NCBI RefSeq assembly: GCF_001194135.2
Contig: NC_068990.1
Coordinates: forward strand, 90,612,183 to 90,650,092
From: Octopus bimaculoides
Lineage: Eukaryota
DNA length: 37,910 nt
Direction of reading: 5' to 3'
Shown: positions 35,891-37,910 of the stretch, in pieces
Layout: the number at the start of each line of letters is the position of its first letter
How positions within the stretch are numbered: the stretch's first letter is position 1
Notes under the pieces: generated by a model
The model's input: the letters and a program-made list of their open reading frames with translations, nothing else
What the model was told of the DNA's origin: nothing
Database searches by the model: none
Translations under genes and position numbers: made by a program

Positions 35891-37019
35891 ACAGGCGTTG
35901 ACGTCATTGCATGTGTGAATATTTATTCATGTGCATGTTTGCAGGTATGCATCTCCTGACATGTATCGTTATTACTGTTTTAAATGGGGCATATATACGC
36001 ATTTTCCCATATCTACACATCCGCACATATACAATTACTTGCTAAACTTCTGATATATTTTAGTTTCCTAATTAGTTGTCTAATTTCTAGTTTTTTTAAG
36101 AGCCAGTATCTCAAGATACTGGGGTAGTTAGTTACATAACCAAATGCTCCAGAAGTTAACGATATAGATTTAAAACTATCGCATTAATTTATGTAAGTGT
36201 AGATTTCTCGTTAGTTCAGCATAAATGTCTTCATTTTCATTAATCTTTCACATAGTTGTAACATCTTCCACCTAACTTATCTCCGCCACTGCGCAAAATT
36301 TTTTTTCCATGTCCCAAATCATGATGTCTGGTCTCTTATGCTTGCAATTTTACTGAAATCTTAACGGAAATCTTCTACCGATATTTTTTTCATGTATGTG
36401 ATTATTCTCACCATATGAATGTACTTTTTATTTGATTTGTATCCTATGGATGTACTTATGCATGTATGCCTGTATGTGTGTGTGTGTGTGTGTGTATAAG
36501 TAACAGGCTTTAGAAAATAAGCACCTGTGTCGACTGGCCCCTACTAAGCCCTTTAAGGCTGTGTTCCTACATGACCGAAACAAATAAAAACAATCGAAAT
36601 TTATAAAGATAAATCCCGTCTTTATTAGAAATGCAATATCCCATTGCATTTTTTGCCAGGTGCCAATACCTTTAGCTGAAATGTTAAACAAAATGGATTC
36701 GGATACAAAAGCTAAAGTAGAAAAATTGTGCATTTTTATTTCATATATATGACTCGCTTCAAGTGATTCGCTGCAGGTGATGAACAGCAATAAACACTTT
36801 TGAAGTAGTTACACATTTACTTGGCGAAGTGATATTGAAATTCGTATGAGAAAAATGCCCAAGGCTACCTTGAAAAGGGAAAAATTAATTAAGGAAGGTA
36901 ACACCCTCATAAAGAGACAGAGGTAAGAGGATCATATTGCGCACAGATTCATGGATGCTTGGGAATCAATAAAATAGATAGATTACAATGTATAAATGAA
37001 AGAAAAGGTTAGGAATGAT

Positions 37020-37217
37020 ATTGGTTTCGAGGTTTGGCACAAGGCCAGCAGCTTCAGTGGAGACGGGGTAAGTCGACTGAATCTACCCCAGTACATGACT
37101 GGTACTTACTTTATCTATCGCGAAAGGACGAAAAGCGAAGTCGACTTCGGCGGATTTGAACACTGAACTTGAGGACGGAGGGACTGTGTTGAGGATTCTG
37201 CCAGCTCACCGCCTTAA
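37020..37217 (-). mobile_element. SINE family A
   Basis: Reverse complement starts AAGGCGGTGAGCTGGCAGAATC and contains GTTCAAATCCGCCGAAGTCGAC and AAGTACCAGT. Confidence 0.8.
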
Positions 37218-37259
37218 GATTGGGAATCTTATCATAGACACGTTAGGTTAATATTTCAT

Positions 37260-37660
37260 TAGAAAATTAGAAACTTAGAAACCTAGATATGTTTCGACCA
37301 AAGATTGGTCCAGGCCATGTCTAACTTAATAGCACCACCTGATAGGATTATCTAAATCCTTTTTACAGTCAAGTTTTGTCTATGGTCCATTCAAGTTGTG
37401 AGTTCTTATTGAGTGAGTTGTATCCAGGTACGGGTGGCTTGTCTGGTATTCTTTGAAGAAAGCTGTCTAGACTCCGTTTAAAGCTGATAGGATCTGTTCC
37501 TTCTTTTATCTGTTCCAGGACAATGTTAAACAGGGCAGGACCTGTTGAGGAAAAGAAATGATGCCGCAATGTACTTATACGTTGAGATTCTAAATTGGGC
37601 AGCGGACGTATGGCCCGTGGTCCCAGCCTTGGATGAACCTTGAAGCTAATGCGGTGTGTA
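37260..37660 (-). mobile_element. CR1-group LINE ORF2 C-terminus, 3'UTR and short tandem tail
   Basis: HPRLGPRAIRPLP..STLRHHFFSSTGPALFNIV..FKRSLDSFLQRIPDKPPVPGY..NS.LEW* resembles CR1/Crack-type ORF2 ends. The 3'UTR ends in TTTCTAAG-like repeats. The element is 5'-truncated. Confidence 0.75.
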
Positions 37661-37769
37661 TTTATTTTAATGGCATACAAATGTATACAGTGCGTTTCTC
37701 TTCCCTAGGTGTCAGGAAGACACTCGACAAGAAACGGAAACAGAATTGAAAGATGATAATTAAAAATAA

Positions 37770-37789
37770 AAATAATAATAATAATTGTG

Positions 37790-37840
<51 letters not shown>

Positions 37841-37849
37841 TAAATAATA

Positions 37850-37910
<61 letters not shown>
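37770..37910. repeat. (AAT)n(GAT)n tract
   Basis: Directly visible; runs off the window end. Confidence 0.97.

Noticed and set aside
36629-36651. Perfect 9-bp hairpin AAATGCAAT-atccc-ATTGCATTT
   Set aside because: Expected by chance in AT-rich DNA of this length; no known motif.

Overview
Eukaryotic, AT-rich, very microsatellite-rich scaffold DNA with many N gaps. The SINE families and simple-repeat load look like a coleoid cephalopod (Octopus-like), which is an inference from pattern recognition only. No intact protein-coding gene is supportable. Best-supported features: four tRNA-Ser(AGA) genes in mixed orientation at 29.5-33.9 kb; a degenerate hAT transposase (14.8-16.7 kb, minus); a deleted mariner (5.3-6.0 kb); a 5'-truncated R4/Dong-type LINE flanked by (TAA)n (11.0-11.9 kb, minus); a Penelope-like RT plus GIY-YIG relic (28.1-29.3 kb); a CR1-group LINE 3' end (37.3-37.7 kb, minus); and about 20 tRNA-derived SINE copies from several families. 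The most interesting signal is a set of minimal type I hammerhead ribozyme motifs: one near-canonical (24075-24120, minus), one core variant nested inside a SINE (9809-9844, minus) and one degenerate (7941-7985, plus). All three carry the self-complementary AACGTT in place of helix III. Most ORF-track entries are microsatellite or gap artefacts. Repeat boundaries were read by eye and are approximate.
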